Below are positions 1-12,722 of a stretch of DNA of 64,000 nt, one piece after another (positions within the stretch are counted from its first letter, which is position 1; every line of letters starts with the position of its first letter). The notes under the pieces were generated by a model that was not told the origin of the DNA, did no database searches, and saw nothing but the letters and a program-made list of their open reading frames with translations. The DNA comes from Hormiphora californensis (Eukaryota; Animalia; Ctenophora). The position numbers were made by a program, and so were the translations under genes. The stretch is from the NCBI GenBank assembly GCA_020137815.1, contig CM035361.1, positions 3,844,001-3,908,000 on the forward strand, given 5' to 3'.

Positions 1-1772
1 TGGTATAAACCCTCAATAAACCCTACATGTAGCACAAAAATAATCCATTTCTGTTTCCACTTTTTTACATCAATCCCTTCATTAATAGAACGGTTCTGAT
101 CTCTTCCGGCATAGAAAATGAAACAGCCAAACACCTCCTCACGGTTCTGATCTCTTCCGATCCCCCACATGTAGCAAAATCAGCTGTGTCCCATTAGCTC
201 TCTATCTCTCTTTCTATCTCTCTTTCTATCTCTCTCTCACTCTCTCCCTTTTATCTATAATACCTCCCTCCCCTTCTATCTCAACTGCTGGTTAAGTATC
301 AGTTTGCTCTCCCTCCTCTCCTTGAGCTAAAGAATGGCTGTTATAGAATGGCTATAGAATAGCTATTATAGAATGGCTATAGAATAGCTATAGATTAGAG
401 CACATAGAATCCTCTTCTTGACCTGTTCTGTACTGATCGTTGCCTTCTCCCATTGGCTGAAAAGCTGATGAACACATCACCTTTCTCTAGTATTCCATTG
501 GCTGACACGTTATAGCAATGGTTTTTCTCTTATAATGCCCACGTACTGCTGCAGAACAACAAGCTGAATCTAGCTCTCCCCTGGCCCTGCCTGGATGATC
601 TTTGTATCTGAGTTCCCTTCCTTTATAAAAACCCTAGCGCTTTAGATGATTCGGTATCTCTACCGCTTTAATCTAGTTGGATAAGGATACGTGTAGATCA
701 AATGCAGCCTAATATTGTAGCCTAGTATAACACCAAACTAGCTTTGTCGCCGTCCCAGATTCCCAAATGATCGATCAGCTGTTTTAGTTCTCTGAAACTG
801 TCTCGTGAGTAACACACATACATACGTATTGGGGGAAAACAGTCGTGCCCGAACCTCAGGATCAGGCTACGGCTATTTTCCACTGAGACCTGAGATCTTA
901 CTGAAATTATTAGGATCGGACCCCGATTTACTGGAATCCCGGCCAGGCCATTTACTGGAATCCACTGTCCAGTTGTTGAGTAAGGGGTGAAATCTGTCCA
1001 GTAGAATTGTGCCATCCTGCGGCACAGTTTATAAAAGGGGGCCGTGACTACCAGACTAGTTGCATTTCCCGCCGTGAAACTGTTGTCCCTCCAGCATATA
1101 TAGCTTGACTGACTTTTATCCCAATATGTCGTTGGTGTGACGTGTATGTATATCACTGGTAGGTATATTGCTCCCTTTCTTATTCTTGGTCATCGTCATA
1201 GTTCTTAACTTAACACACTCTTTTATTAAGTGATATGTGTGTTAACATGATACGTATCCTTCTCCTTACAGCTGCATTGTGTGGAACAGTTGTTCTCACA
1301 GGTTCGTTACATTGCTTTGGTTGCCGGTTGGTTGGTTGGTATGAGCGGCTGGTGAATTGGGAGCCTTGTTAGAGGCTTTCCTGTTGACCATGAGAGGCTT
1401 CCCTGGTTTGGGATTTGCCGCCGCTGGGGGGGGGGGGGTTAGGTTGCGCACGTGAGTGACTTTCGGGGGGGGGGGGGGGGTGAACTTGCTTACCACCGAG
1501 AGGTCGATTTGCCCTGGGGCGTCTCGGTGGGTTTGAGGTGAGTTAGGGGTTGACCGGGGGCCCCTTTAGGAGAAGAAATGGGGTGGCCCCGGTTTGTAGC
1601 GTGCTTTGATCTAGCTATTCCAGCTTTTTGGTCTCTTTTATAAATTCCTTGAATATCTTTACTGATTTTCCCCAGTTATTTCGGACCGCAGTAATGTGAT
1701 CCTTGTAGCTGGTGCCTTCATTGCTTTGTAAATGCTTTAGTAAACAATTAAATTGTTACTGTTACTTTTCAG

Positions 1773-3844
1773 GCTGGACAGCTGTAGATTGGCGTGTATC
1801 GCAGAACAGGATGTCCTGGGATCTGGAGGGAACACCTCTCCAGATTATGACCAACAGCGATCAGGATGTCACTGCGGTGACGCTATATGCTGAATACAGC
1901 GAGTATATCAGTTATGTTGCTATTTTGTTGTCCTCACCCACCAAGTATTTAATACAGTTCTGCATGGACGACTACATAGTCCTGCCAGTGCAGCCCCCGG
2001 TGCAGGTGGAAAAAATCTGGACGATCACCAAAACGGAGACCGCCCTCATCATCGAATGTAACAATGTGATGGTGCTGAACTACCTGTTCGCAAATAGTTC
2101 AGATAGCGACTGTGTTACCAAGTTTGATGGTGATGTTGTGGAGGAGATCATGTTTGATACCGTTCAAGGACCAGCGTCTGACTTCTACAGAGCAGGTATG
2201 ATAAAGGGTCTAAATTTACCACTTATGCAACTATAATATAGTACTGTGAATGCATGATATGTAGGTATAACTTGTTTGCTTTAGTTCAGGGCCGTTAGAC
2301 CAGCTGTTAGTATCCTAATAATAACCTAGTGTGTTATTCAGGCTGGACGGCTACTGCAGGAAATACTGGTCCCTGATTGGCTGATATTCAGTCACGTGAC
2401 CTAAATAACGAGTTCTGATTGGTCGGTTACTAATCCTTGTTTTATTTCAGGCTGGACGGCTACTGCAGGGGAAGATATATATCTACGCTGGGACCTGGAG
2501 ACAATACCTCTCCAGATAAAGACGCATTCTATAGTGGGCAGTGGTGAGGAGATCAGTGTGAGCATGTTCGACGATTACGACAACTGGATCGGTGCGGTGG
2601 GTGTGCTGTTCTCCTCCAAAATGATGTATAGGATAACCCCCTGTAACAGCGACTGGGCAGACCTGCCAGTGCAACTCCCGGTGGAGGTGGATAAGACCTG
2701 GACGATCACCAAAACAAACACCGCCTGGATCATCACATGTAATGATGTGGAGGTGGTAAACATACTTTTCACAGATAGTTCAGATGTTAACTGCTATTGG
2801 AGGTGGACTGGTGATAAGGTCGGTGGTATCGGGTTTTACATTGACTATGACACAGCATCTGATTTCTTCAGACCAGGTAACAGTGCTGCTTGCAGTCAAC
2901 CCCTGATTGGTCACGGTTGCGCGTCGTCTTACTGTATCTTCGTTTTCCATTACCGTTTTCCCACTACAAGCGACCGTGTAAGGGTCTAAGTCCTCATACT
3001 GCATCTGATGAAATATCTCTTATTGTAACCCAATAACTATATCTCCAGAAGTTAAGTGTTCCCCCTTCACTGTTGAGGGATCAACTCAAGAGTCCTGGAA
3101 CGCCACATCACCAGGACATTATGTCTTCATTGAATGTACCGGCAACAATGTTCTAGTGGGAAATGAAACACGGCGGTGTCAGGAGGATGGATCGTGGTCA
3201 AGTGATGTACCACAGTGTGTTGTAGGTAGGTTAATTTAGTTGCTAATTAATTTTATTTTAACATATGTATAATGAAAAACAAGGTAAAACGATGTTTTAC
3301 TAAAACATCATCGCCTGAATGGTAGATGAACTCTAAATAAAATTACTGCAGCTATATTACAGCTATACTGTTTCAGTGCTGCTTGTAGTCGTATTACCGT
3401 AATGGAAATACAATAAGGAGACGCACACGTTGCATAACGCGCGGCAAAAAGTGCATGTGTTCAGCACGTACTAGCGCCATGATTGGTCACGGTTGCGCGT
3501 CGTCTTACTGTATCTCCGTTTTCCATTACCGTTTTCCCACTACAAGCGACCGTGAAAGATACCTAAAACTGGGCGACAAGATATATTTTCTAATTATTTC
3601 TGTTTATCATCTTTAGTAATCGTCCCAATTTATGTTTCAGATTGTCACACTGTCACTGACAGTGTTACAATCTGAAATTTATATGATTTTACTAATAAGT
3701 AATTCTTAATCAATTAAGATCATTTCAGGTGATATGGGATTGTGTGACAGTGGAGACTCCTGTAACTCGTCAGACCGAACGAATCTATTACACTTCCTCT
3801 CTGCCTCCCTAACTATAATCCTGGTTTTCTGGGTAGTGATCTGA
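1773..3844 (+). CDS. Secreted/GPI-anchored protein with two ~140-aa repeat domains (WTAV...WDLE.TPLQI.T) and a Sushi/CCP domain; 5' end uncertain
   Basis: Phase-1 GT-AG exons 1773-2195 and 2451-2876 are paralogous (LPVQ.PV.V.K.WTITKT..A.II.CN.V.V.N.LF..SSD..C). Exon 3049-3225 is a Sushi domain (C...C...GN.TRRCQEDGSWSSDVPQC). Candidate terminal exons are 3641-3675 (short, stop) or 3729-3844 (hydrophobic GPI-type tail). A possible signal-peptide exon lies at 1272-1301. Confidence 0.7.
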
Positions 3845-4531
3845 GTGTTAAAAACTGAACATGTTATTTGAGCTGTGCATTGTATAAGTAATTATTATAA
3901 TAGAACAATTCAATCCTGCACATTGCACTTCCACCGGATTTCAAATGTGCCGATACTGGAAGCTATATATATTATAGTCTGATTTTTAATAACTGTCGTT
4001 TTTTTAGAGTTTTCAAATTTCTTAAAATGACCATAAGTCCGGTTCCTGATGAGATAAAGACTTGAAATTTGGAGGTTATGAAGATCTCTGAAGATAAGTC
4101 TCTATCTTATCAGGAACCGGAGATATTTTGTTAATTTTGAAAAACGACAGTTATTTAAAATCCGACTTTATTTATACGCAATTATATAAATTCCATGTAT
4201 ACCATATTATTGACCCTTCATTGCATCTAATCAGCCCCGTGTGATTGTTGAATCTGTGTGAGAAACAGATAACAACAGCATTTCAATTATTAAGGCACCT
4301 TAATCCGCCGTGTAATGCGCAAACGGCGATTCCTGTCGATATTTCCTGGGAGTGAGAGAGGGGTGGCCCTAATTTCCTGCAGTTACCACGAATAGTGTTT
4401 TAGTTTAGTTTTAGTTTAAGACAAATATAGACACGTAGTTTCAGAGAACTATATCAATCAGGAAATTATTGAATCAGTTGAATCCGTTCCTCTAGATGGT
4501 GTCATGGTAACCATGGTAACTGTAGAGAGTT

Positions 4532-6566
4532 CTATTCCTCGATCTCCTCTCCAGCACTGCTGGTGGAGATGTAGTAGGCGTATCCGGCGATAGAACACAT
4601 GTTCTGCCGGGCTCGGCTCAGCTTGAAGTATCCCTTATCACCCCACCCAGTTCCCCAGGAGTTCCTGATGTCCCAGTAATTGCTTCCGTATCTGGGGAGA
4701 GAGAGGGTTATGAGTTGGGAAGTGGGTAACTTAAGATATTCGTACCAAAACAATTGTCGCGCTTTGAACCATGAAATAACTAACCCGACGAGAGTGATGG
4801 CGTGGGTAACTCGTCCACTGCACCTTCCGCTCCAGATTCCGGTATAATATCCTCGAATCTTGATGTTGCTGAAGTCAAGGGCAATTCCGAGAGGTCCGGA
4901 TCCAAGGGCACTCATAAGACCACTGTCTCCTCGGGCCTTGTGGACACCTGAGAACGAGTTTGAATGTTATAGAGGGTGAAAAGAGAGAATTGTAAACTGG
5001 GAGCGAGGATTAATTCGCCCGAAAATTGAGGTATGGCTATTAACCCCTGATATATAATCCCTGATCGATTAACCATTGGTTAACGCTTTGAGGACGATAA
5101 CGATCAGAACGGATGATCAGAGATTGTAAATCGAGGGTATGACTGCGTACCGTTAATCTTGAAGGGCATGCCGTTGGAATGGCTCTGGTATCGACAAGAT
5201 CCCTTTCGTCCAGCATATCGGTAGGAGCTTCCAGAGGCAAGATGGTTCCTCTGTCGGATATAGTTGAGACCCTCGTTATGCCATCCCCCACTGCAGGAGT
5301 TGCTCCTCCCAGAGCAGTCAAGGACCTCCTGCTCAGACAGACTGTGCGTCCTTCCGGTCTTAACATGAGCGTATCCTGGGAGGGGGGTGTTAGTTAGTGG
5401 TTGACCATGTATAACGCCCAAATATGGCACAGAGCTTTTCTGAATCAGCTTTTCAAGACGAATCCAACGCAACCGGAATTAGCTTTCTATCTCATCGGGA
5501 AGTGCTGGGTCTGGAACCTTCATTTTTAGTCATTTTTCGGTGCGCGGGCCAATCAGAGGCCTTTATTTTGAAATCCAGGCCTCTGATTGGCTCGCGCACC
5601 GAAAAATGAGCAAAAATGAGCAAAAACGAAAATGCCAGACCCAGCACTTCCCGATGAGATAGAAAACTAATTCCGGTTGCGTTGGATTCGTCTTGAAAAG
5701 CTGATTCAGAAAAGTTCTGTGCCTTATTTGGACCTTATACATGGTCAACCACTAGTGTTAGTATGTTGGGGTGGGGGGTGGGGGTGGGTGGTGGAAGGGA
5801 GTTGTGGGGGGAGGCGAAGATGTGGTGACATTAGATCAATTTCATAAAAACCTACCCTCAACGACTCCGACGGTGGCGTAGGCCCAGCAAGATCCACATC
5901 TTCCCTGGTTTTTAGCAGATCCGTATCGGTTTCGGTGGTTAGCAGAAGAAGGTCCCCATCTGGAATAAGAGGGTGGTTAGAAGAGGATGTAAGGAATGAA
6001 AGCTTTCTTCTTTCGAAAGAGCGATTTTTGATGATTGCAGTAAACTGATCATTGACCCTGGCCTAGAGTTTTGTGAATTAACAGAAGAAAAAGAAGAGGG
6101 TGGTTAGTAGAAAAGGGTGTCAGAACTCACCGTTTCTCAAGCTCCTCCTCATCCTCAATAACCTCAGGTGCCTCATCAGTAAGGTTGCCAGCTCCGTAGT
6201 ACTGCTGGGCCTCGTCCTCACTTAGATCAGCGAAGAAGGTAACTCCGTACTCAACATCAGAATCCTCGTTGTTGGCTTCAGCCATCTGGTGGACGAACCC
6301 TCGGAAGTTCTTCAGCCTCATTCGAGCCTCAGCAGCGGATTTGTACACCCTGGAATTCTCCCTCTGGAAGTTGCTGAACAGAGCCCTGCAGAGAAAGATA
6401 GTTTTATGAAGGAGTAACGGTGAGGGATATAGATGAGCAAAAACAGATGAAGTAGTAAACACATTCCATACCTGAGGACAGTGGGGTTTCCGTCGGCCAG
6501 GTTGACCAGAGGTCGATCAGCAAGGGCCATGGAGGCCAGTACAGTCAGACAGATTGCGGTAATCAT
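4532..6566 (-). CDS. Papain-family (C1A) cysteine protease, cathepsin L-like, copy 1
   Basis: Six exons (6566-6472, 6385-6131, 5959-5856, ~5375-5152, ~4947-4785, 4691-4532). Encodes a signal peptide, an I29 prodomain (FSNFQRENSRVY...EARMRLKNF...GVTFFADLS) and catalytic motifs QGRCGSCWA, HAITLVGYG, YWDIRNSWG. Confidence 0.93.
5395..5754. mobile_element. hAT-type MITE in a cathepsin intron
   Basis: Near-palindromic, TIR TAGTGGTTGACCATGTATAA, 8-bp TSD GTGTTAGT. A partial copy lies at ~7300-7384. Confidence 0.82.
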
Positions 6567-6914
6567 TGTTGGATGAGAGTGAATGAACTCGAATGAATTT
6601 TGGAAGGAGTTATGGGCCCCTTAAATACTGCATAACTTCCCAGTCAAATGCGATTATTATGATATAACAACACCTGTGACGTGAGGTGTTAAATCTTTCA
6701 ATCAGTTTTTCCTTCGCTTCTAGGGCGTGAAACAAAGGATTCAATCGTGCTGATCAATTTAGAATAGGTGTTAACAGTTATAAAACAAAAGGATCGTTAT
6801 ATTGTTCTCAAAAAAAGATAGTTTTATCATGAGGGTGTTCAAAATCGGAGACACGTCAATTGATTGTTCATATAACACATTTGAAATAACAGAGATCTGT
6901 TCAGTTTCTAGCAC

Positions 6915-9900
6915 TCAGATCACCACCCAGAAAACCAGGATTATGGCTAGGGAGGCAGAAAGGAAGTGTGATAGATTCATTCGGTCTGACGAGTTACAGG
7001 AGTCCCCACTGTCACACAATTCCATATCACCTGAAATCATTAACTAATTAATTAAGAATTACTTATTAGTAAAACGATAAAAGTGATTTGGATTCAATTA
7101 ATTGAGTGAAATAATTATTTTTGAAATTGTATTTTTGATTTTCCATTTGAAGCAACTTTTTCGGACTTTAGGTTAGGCAATAGCCACTTCCGTACCAAAA
7201 AGTCAAGACTTAAGGTTTCTAAAACGTCAGCCCACAATGTCCTGTCCAGTCTGGCGGGACAATTTGAGCACACTGTCGGCACTACCAGAGAGCTGATCTG
7301 TCAAAATTGCGTTGGATTGGTCTTAAAAAGCTGATTCAGAAGAGCTCTGTGCCTCATTTGGGCCTTATACACGGTCAACCACTAGGCCTTATAAATGTGC
7401 TTTATTGTCGGTACATTAGATGAATACCTCATCCTTTGAGTGAAAGTGAAATAACCATGCATGACGAAACTTCAGAGACATCACTCAAGTCGGGGATGTC
7501 ATAATTGGTTACTATGGCGCTCATGGTTACTATGGTTACTATGATTCGGCACTGAATTCCCATTCTCACCGCATATCAGAGTTTCAACTAGACTAATGAC
7601 TTGGAGTAGAACGCCAAGGTGCGGCTGTTATTGTTTCACGTATTGTTCCACACGTATAACATGTTTTCCATTTAATCTCGACCCCATTGTTACAACAATG
7701 GGCTCGTGGTTTAATGGAAAAGGGTCTAGATCTAACACCTCTCGAAATGTCACGTGACTGGTAGCGAGTGTGAAGTATTCGGTACTTAAGGATCCCGACA
7801 GCACCTCAACTTCATTCGAGTTTCAACCCTCATCCAACAATGATTACCGCAATCTGTCTGACTGTACTGGCCTCCATGGCCCTTGCTGATCGACCTCTGG
7901 TCAACCTGGCCGACGGAAACCCCGCTGTCCTCAGGTATGGAATGCGTTTGCTACTTCATCTGTTTTTGCTCATCTATATCCCTCCCCGCTACTCCTTCAT
8001 AAAACTATCTTTCTCTGCAGGGCTCTGTTCAGCAACTTCCAGAGGGAGAATTCCAGGGTGTACAAATCCGCTGCTGAGGCTCGAATGAGGCTGAAGAACT
8101 TCCGAGGGTTCGTCCACGAGATGGCTGAGGCCAACAACGAGGATTCTGATGTTGAGTACGGAGTTACCTTCTTCGCTGATCTAAGTGAGGACGAGGCCCA
8201 GCAGTACTACGGAGCTGGCAACCTTACTGATGAGGCCCCTGAGGTTATTGAGGATGAGGAGGAACTTGAGAAACGGTGAGTTTCACTTATACGGAGATAC
8301 CAATTAATAGATTTATAATCCAATCTATAGCTCGATTCGTTTCATGGTCAATCATTATTATATGACTGACTTTTTTACAAAAACGGTAAAATGGTACCCT
8401 CTTTCTTATTCCCCTAGGTGGGGTTCTTCCTCTGTGAGCCACCGATCTCGATACGGGTCTGCTAAACAACAGGGACGCTGTGGATCTTGCTGGGCGTACG
8501 CCACCGTCGGAGTCATTGAGGGTAGGTAACTGATCTACAAACCATCACGTTGTCCTATCATAACATTACCCTCAGGATACTAACACCCCACCACCCCCTC
8601 GACACCCTACACCCCCTCCACCCCACCACCTCTACCACTCCACCACTCCACCACCCCCACCACTCCCACCACTACCACCACTCCCAACACTGCACCCGCA
8701 CCCCCCAACATACCCACCCCCACAAACACCCCCACCCCTTTCAGGATATGTCTGTGTTAGGACCGGAAGGGTTCACAGCCCCTCTGAGCAGGAAGTCCTA
8801 ACCCCCAGCCCCCACCCCCACCACCCCCACCACCCCACCCCCAAACATACTAACACCCCCACCACCTCCACCACCTCCACCACTCCACCACTCCACCAAC
8901 CCCACCACTCCCTCCACTCCCAACACCCCACCCGTACCACCGAACATACTAACACCCCGCCCTCTCAGGAATGGCTCATATTAGGACTGGAAGGACCGCA
9001 TACCTCTCTGAGCAGGAGGTCCTGGACTGTTCTGGAAACTCAAACAACTGTGACGGAGGATGGCATCACCACGGACTCTACTACATCAAACAGAGGAACC
9101 ATCTCGCCTCTGGAAGCTCCTACCGATATGCCGGCCGGAGGGGATCTTGCCGATATAAGAGCTATTCCAACGCCATGCCTTTCAGGATTAATGGTTCGTG
9201 TCATAGATAACTGATTCTCTATTTTTAGGAAGATTTTAGATATTTCCCAGCTCTAATTGTTAATCAGCAATTTCTCTCTCCAAAAATGTTAAAACTTTCG
9301 TTCTCAGGTGTCCACCAGGCACGAAGTGATAGTGGTCTCATGAGTGCCCTTCGATCCGGACCTCTCGGAATTGCCATTGACTTTAGCAACATCAAGATTC
9401 GAGGATATTGGACCGGAATCTGGAACGGAAGGTGCAGTGGACATGTTACCCACGCTATCACTCTCGTCGGGTTAGTTATTTCATGGTTCAAAGCGCGACA
9501 ATTGTTTTGGTACGAATATTTTTAGTTATACCCACACCCACTTCCCAACTAATGTCTAATAACCCTCTCTCTCTCCCCAGATACGGAAGCAATTACTGGG
9601 ACATCAGGAACTCCTGGGGAACCGGGTGGGGTGATCGGGGATACTTCAAGCTGAGCCGAGCCCAGCAGAACATGTGCTCTATCGCCGGATACGCCTACTA
9701 CATTTCCACCGGCAGTGCTGGAGAGGAGATCGAGGAATAGAACTCTCTACAGTTACCATGGTTACCATGACATCATCTAGAGGAACGGATTCAACGGATT
9801 CAATAATTTCCTGATTGATATAGTTCTCTGAAACTACGTGTCTACATTTGTCTTACAAAACTAAAACATGCTGATTGTCACTTCTCAGTATTAACGGTAA

Positions 9901-9946
9901 TGACAGGAAATTAGGGCCTCCTCTATCTCAGTCCCTCTCTGTGTGA

Positions 9947-10032
<86 letters not shown>

Positions 10033-10037
10033 TCTCT

Positions 10038-10108
<71 letters not shown>

Positions 10109-10149
10109 CCTCCTCTCTCTCCTCCTCCTCTCACTCTCTCTCTCTCTCC

Positions 10150-10185
<36 letters not shown>

Positions 10186-12642
10186 CTCCTCTCCTCTCTC
10201 TCTCCTCTTCTCTCTCTCTCCTTTCTCTCTTCTCTCCTCTCTCTCTCTCTCTCTCTGCCTTTTCTGTTTAGTGGTTGCCAGGGTATAGACACGGGTATAT
10301 CAGTATTTTGACTGAACCTCACTTTTCAGTCACCTTGTTACAATACATAACTTACAGCTGTCAACAGAGAGGCTATCGTGAACATTGTTCTTTATTAACT
10401 TGCAGCTGTAGATCTCCTTGTAACACGTCCTCCACACCTGCGATAGACGATAGTGGATCATCAAATCTGTCAGTCAGGAACCGACCGAAACAAGTAAATA
10501 ACCAATCAGAACTCATTATTTAGGTCACGTGACTGGTTATCAGCCAATCAGGGACCAGTATTTCCTGATTCGGTCGGTTCCTGCTGTCAGTTGTGCTAAG
10601 ACAACTTTTGCATTTGCCAAGCTAGACTGCGGGCCTCGCACAACAAATGTAAAGGGAGCGCGCCAGGTGTCTATGTTACCAAGGTTAGAACAAAACAAGA
10701 CTACTTTAGGTATATATTATCGCCATTTGAATAAAATATAGATCTAATTAGAACTCAGATTTCTTCTCAAGGGCTATTTTACTACAGTCGGACCCCGATA
10801 AATCATGGCCCGACTGTATTTTAATTTTTATTTACCAGGGTTAGGGAACCAGACAGTACCTCACTGTATCTCGTTCTTGGTCCCGACATGGCAGCACTGG
10901 TGTTGTTCTTTTCCGAAACCCTACAGATATAGTGCAATGTTATGATGTTAGCAGTATGAAGTGTGATAAATGGGTGATTTTGAATCTGTCCACCTCAGCT
11001 GGTGTCATGATGTTGGCAGACATAAACTTGAGCTGATCAATATTAGAACAAAGTTCCATAAATTGAATTCAATATGGACATGTTATGCCCATATATGGGT
11101 ATAATTCCACCTATATTATGCCCATATATGGGTATAATTCCTTACCTCAGGGTGAATTTGGCACACGATTTACCATCATCCGGATCGCATAAAATCTCAC
11201 CCGCATGGTCAGAATTACACCAATAGGCTGAAAGAAGACAAGAATATTATGTTAAAGAAGCTTTTGCCATGGCTCCGCAACAACTATAAATTGGTGAAAC
11301 AATTATTACATGTAGCGATCGAGTTCACCCGATCATAGCGAATGTGTGATGTCAGATGTCAGATATTGATCTGTACAAGAGCAGAGAACCTATAATAGGT
11401 ACTACTAGTATGTTCGCAAAAGGCAAGCTTCCCCTCGTCCGACCCGAAGTTGGAATCATATGGGTTTAGTTTGTCGAACCGGCAAGTTGCTAACATGTTT
11501 CAAATCTTCACTACTTCTCAAATGATCCCATACTTTCAGTCTAATCCCAAAATCCTATTAAAAATAGAGACAAAAATAACGGCACCAAACTGTGAAATGC
11601 CCTTGCATTAGTGCGAGTAGAATAAAATCAATTTTCTATCTAAAGGCCGAGTTTATAGCAAGAAAGGACTATTTTACAACGAATTCTCTGGTTAGTATGG
11701 TAACCAACTCCGTTGTCATGGTAAATCAATCGAACTCTATCGAGTTCTATCGCCAGCAACTGGATGAAACTTTATCCATTTCATTATGCACAATGCACAG
11801 GCTTTGGTTACGAAGTTACCCCTTGCCAGCGTGTGCACGCGAAGGTCGCCCGGCGACAGAGTGTGAGGTGTCTTCGATACCAAGCACAGGCTTGTGTAAC
11901 AAAAAGGGGCGTTTTTATAGCTTATTGTTCATCATAACCTGAAATAAATAATTTTCATTACTTTCACAAAGGCTCAAAGTTTGAATATCAAATTTGCCAA
12001 AACTGTGCAGGGGCAAATTGGTGCAGGGGCAAAAGTTTTAATTGATTATAATTAATTAATTAATTAGAAAATCAAAAATCCGGCTCCGTTATGACTCGTA
12101 GTTATACTACTAGAACATACATGCAAAGTTTCATTTCGAAATTTCAAACGGTGTGGCCACAGTTTGAATATCAAAGTTGCAAAAAATGTGCAGGGGCAAA
12201 CAAAATGGTGCAGGGGCAAATGTTCAGGGGAAAATTGCACAATAGCTGATCGATACGGACATTACAGGAATAGGAACTCCCTCTATCTCTTCCATCTACC
12301 AATGCATCCTCCCTCTTCCGATACGGATCTCTAATCATGTCTCTCACTGACGTTTCACGATCTCTTCCGAGATAGCTCTGACTCGTTCTACCTCCACTAC
12401 ATCTGATTTCCTCTCAATTACGTATGCGATGCCCTCATCTCGTCCTCTCTGTCTCCACTCTCCTCTCTCTCTCTCCTCTCTCTCTCCCCTCTCTTCTCCT
12501 CTCGTCTCCTCTCTCTCTCTCCCTCCTCTCTCTCTCTCTCATCTCGCTCTTCTACTCTCATCTTCCCTCTGTCCTCTCCTCTTCCCCTCCTCTCTCTCTC
12601 TCCTCTTCCTCCACTCGTTCTCTCTCTCTCTCTCTCTACTCT

Positions 12643-12722
<80 letters not shown>

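Noticed and set aside
1290-1700. Pro-rich ORF 1296-1496 and GC/homopolymer-rich tract
   Set aside because: Driven by poly-G runs; looks like low-quality or low-complexity sequence.
9928-10322. ER/SL-repeat ORFs (also 12424-12771, 29501-30260, 52292-52586, 59982-60722)
   Set aside because: Translations of microsatellites.
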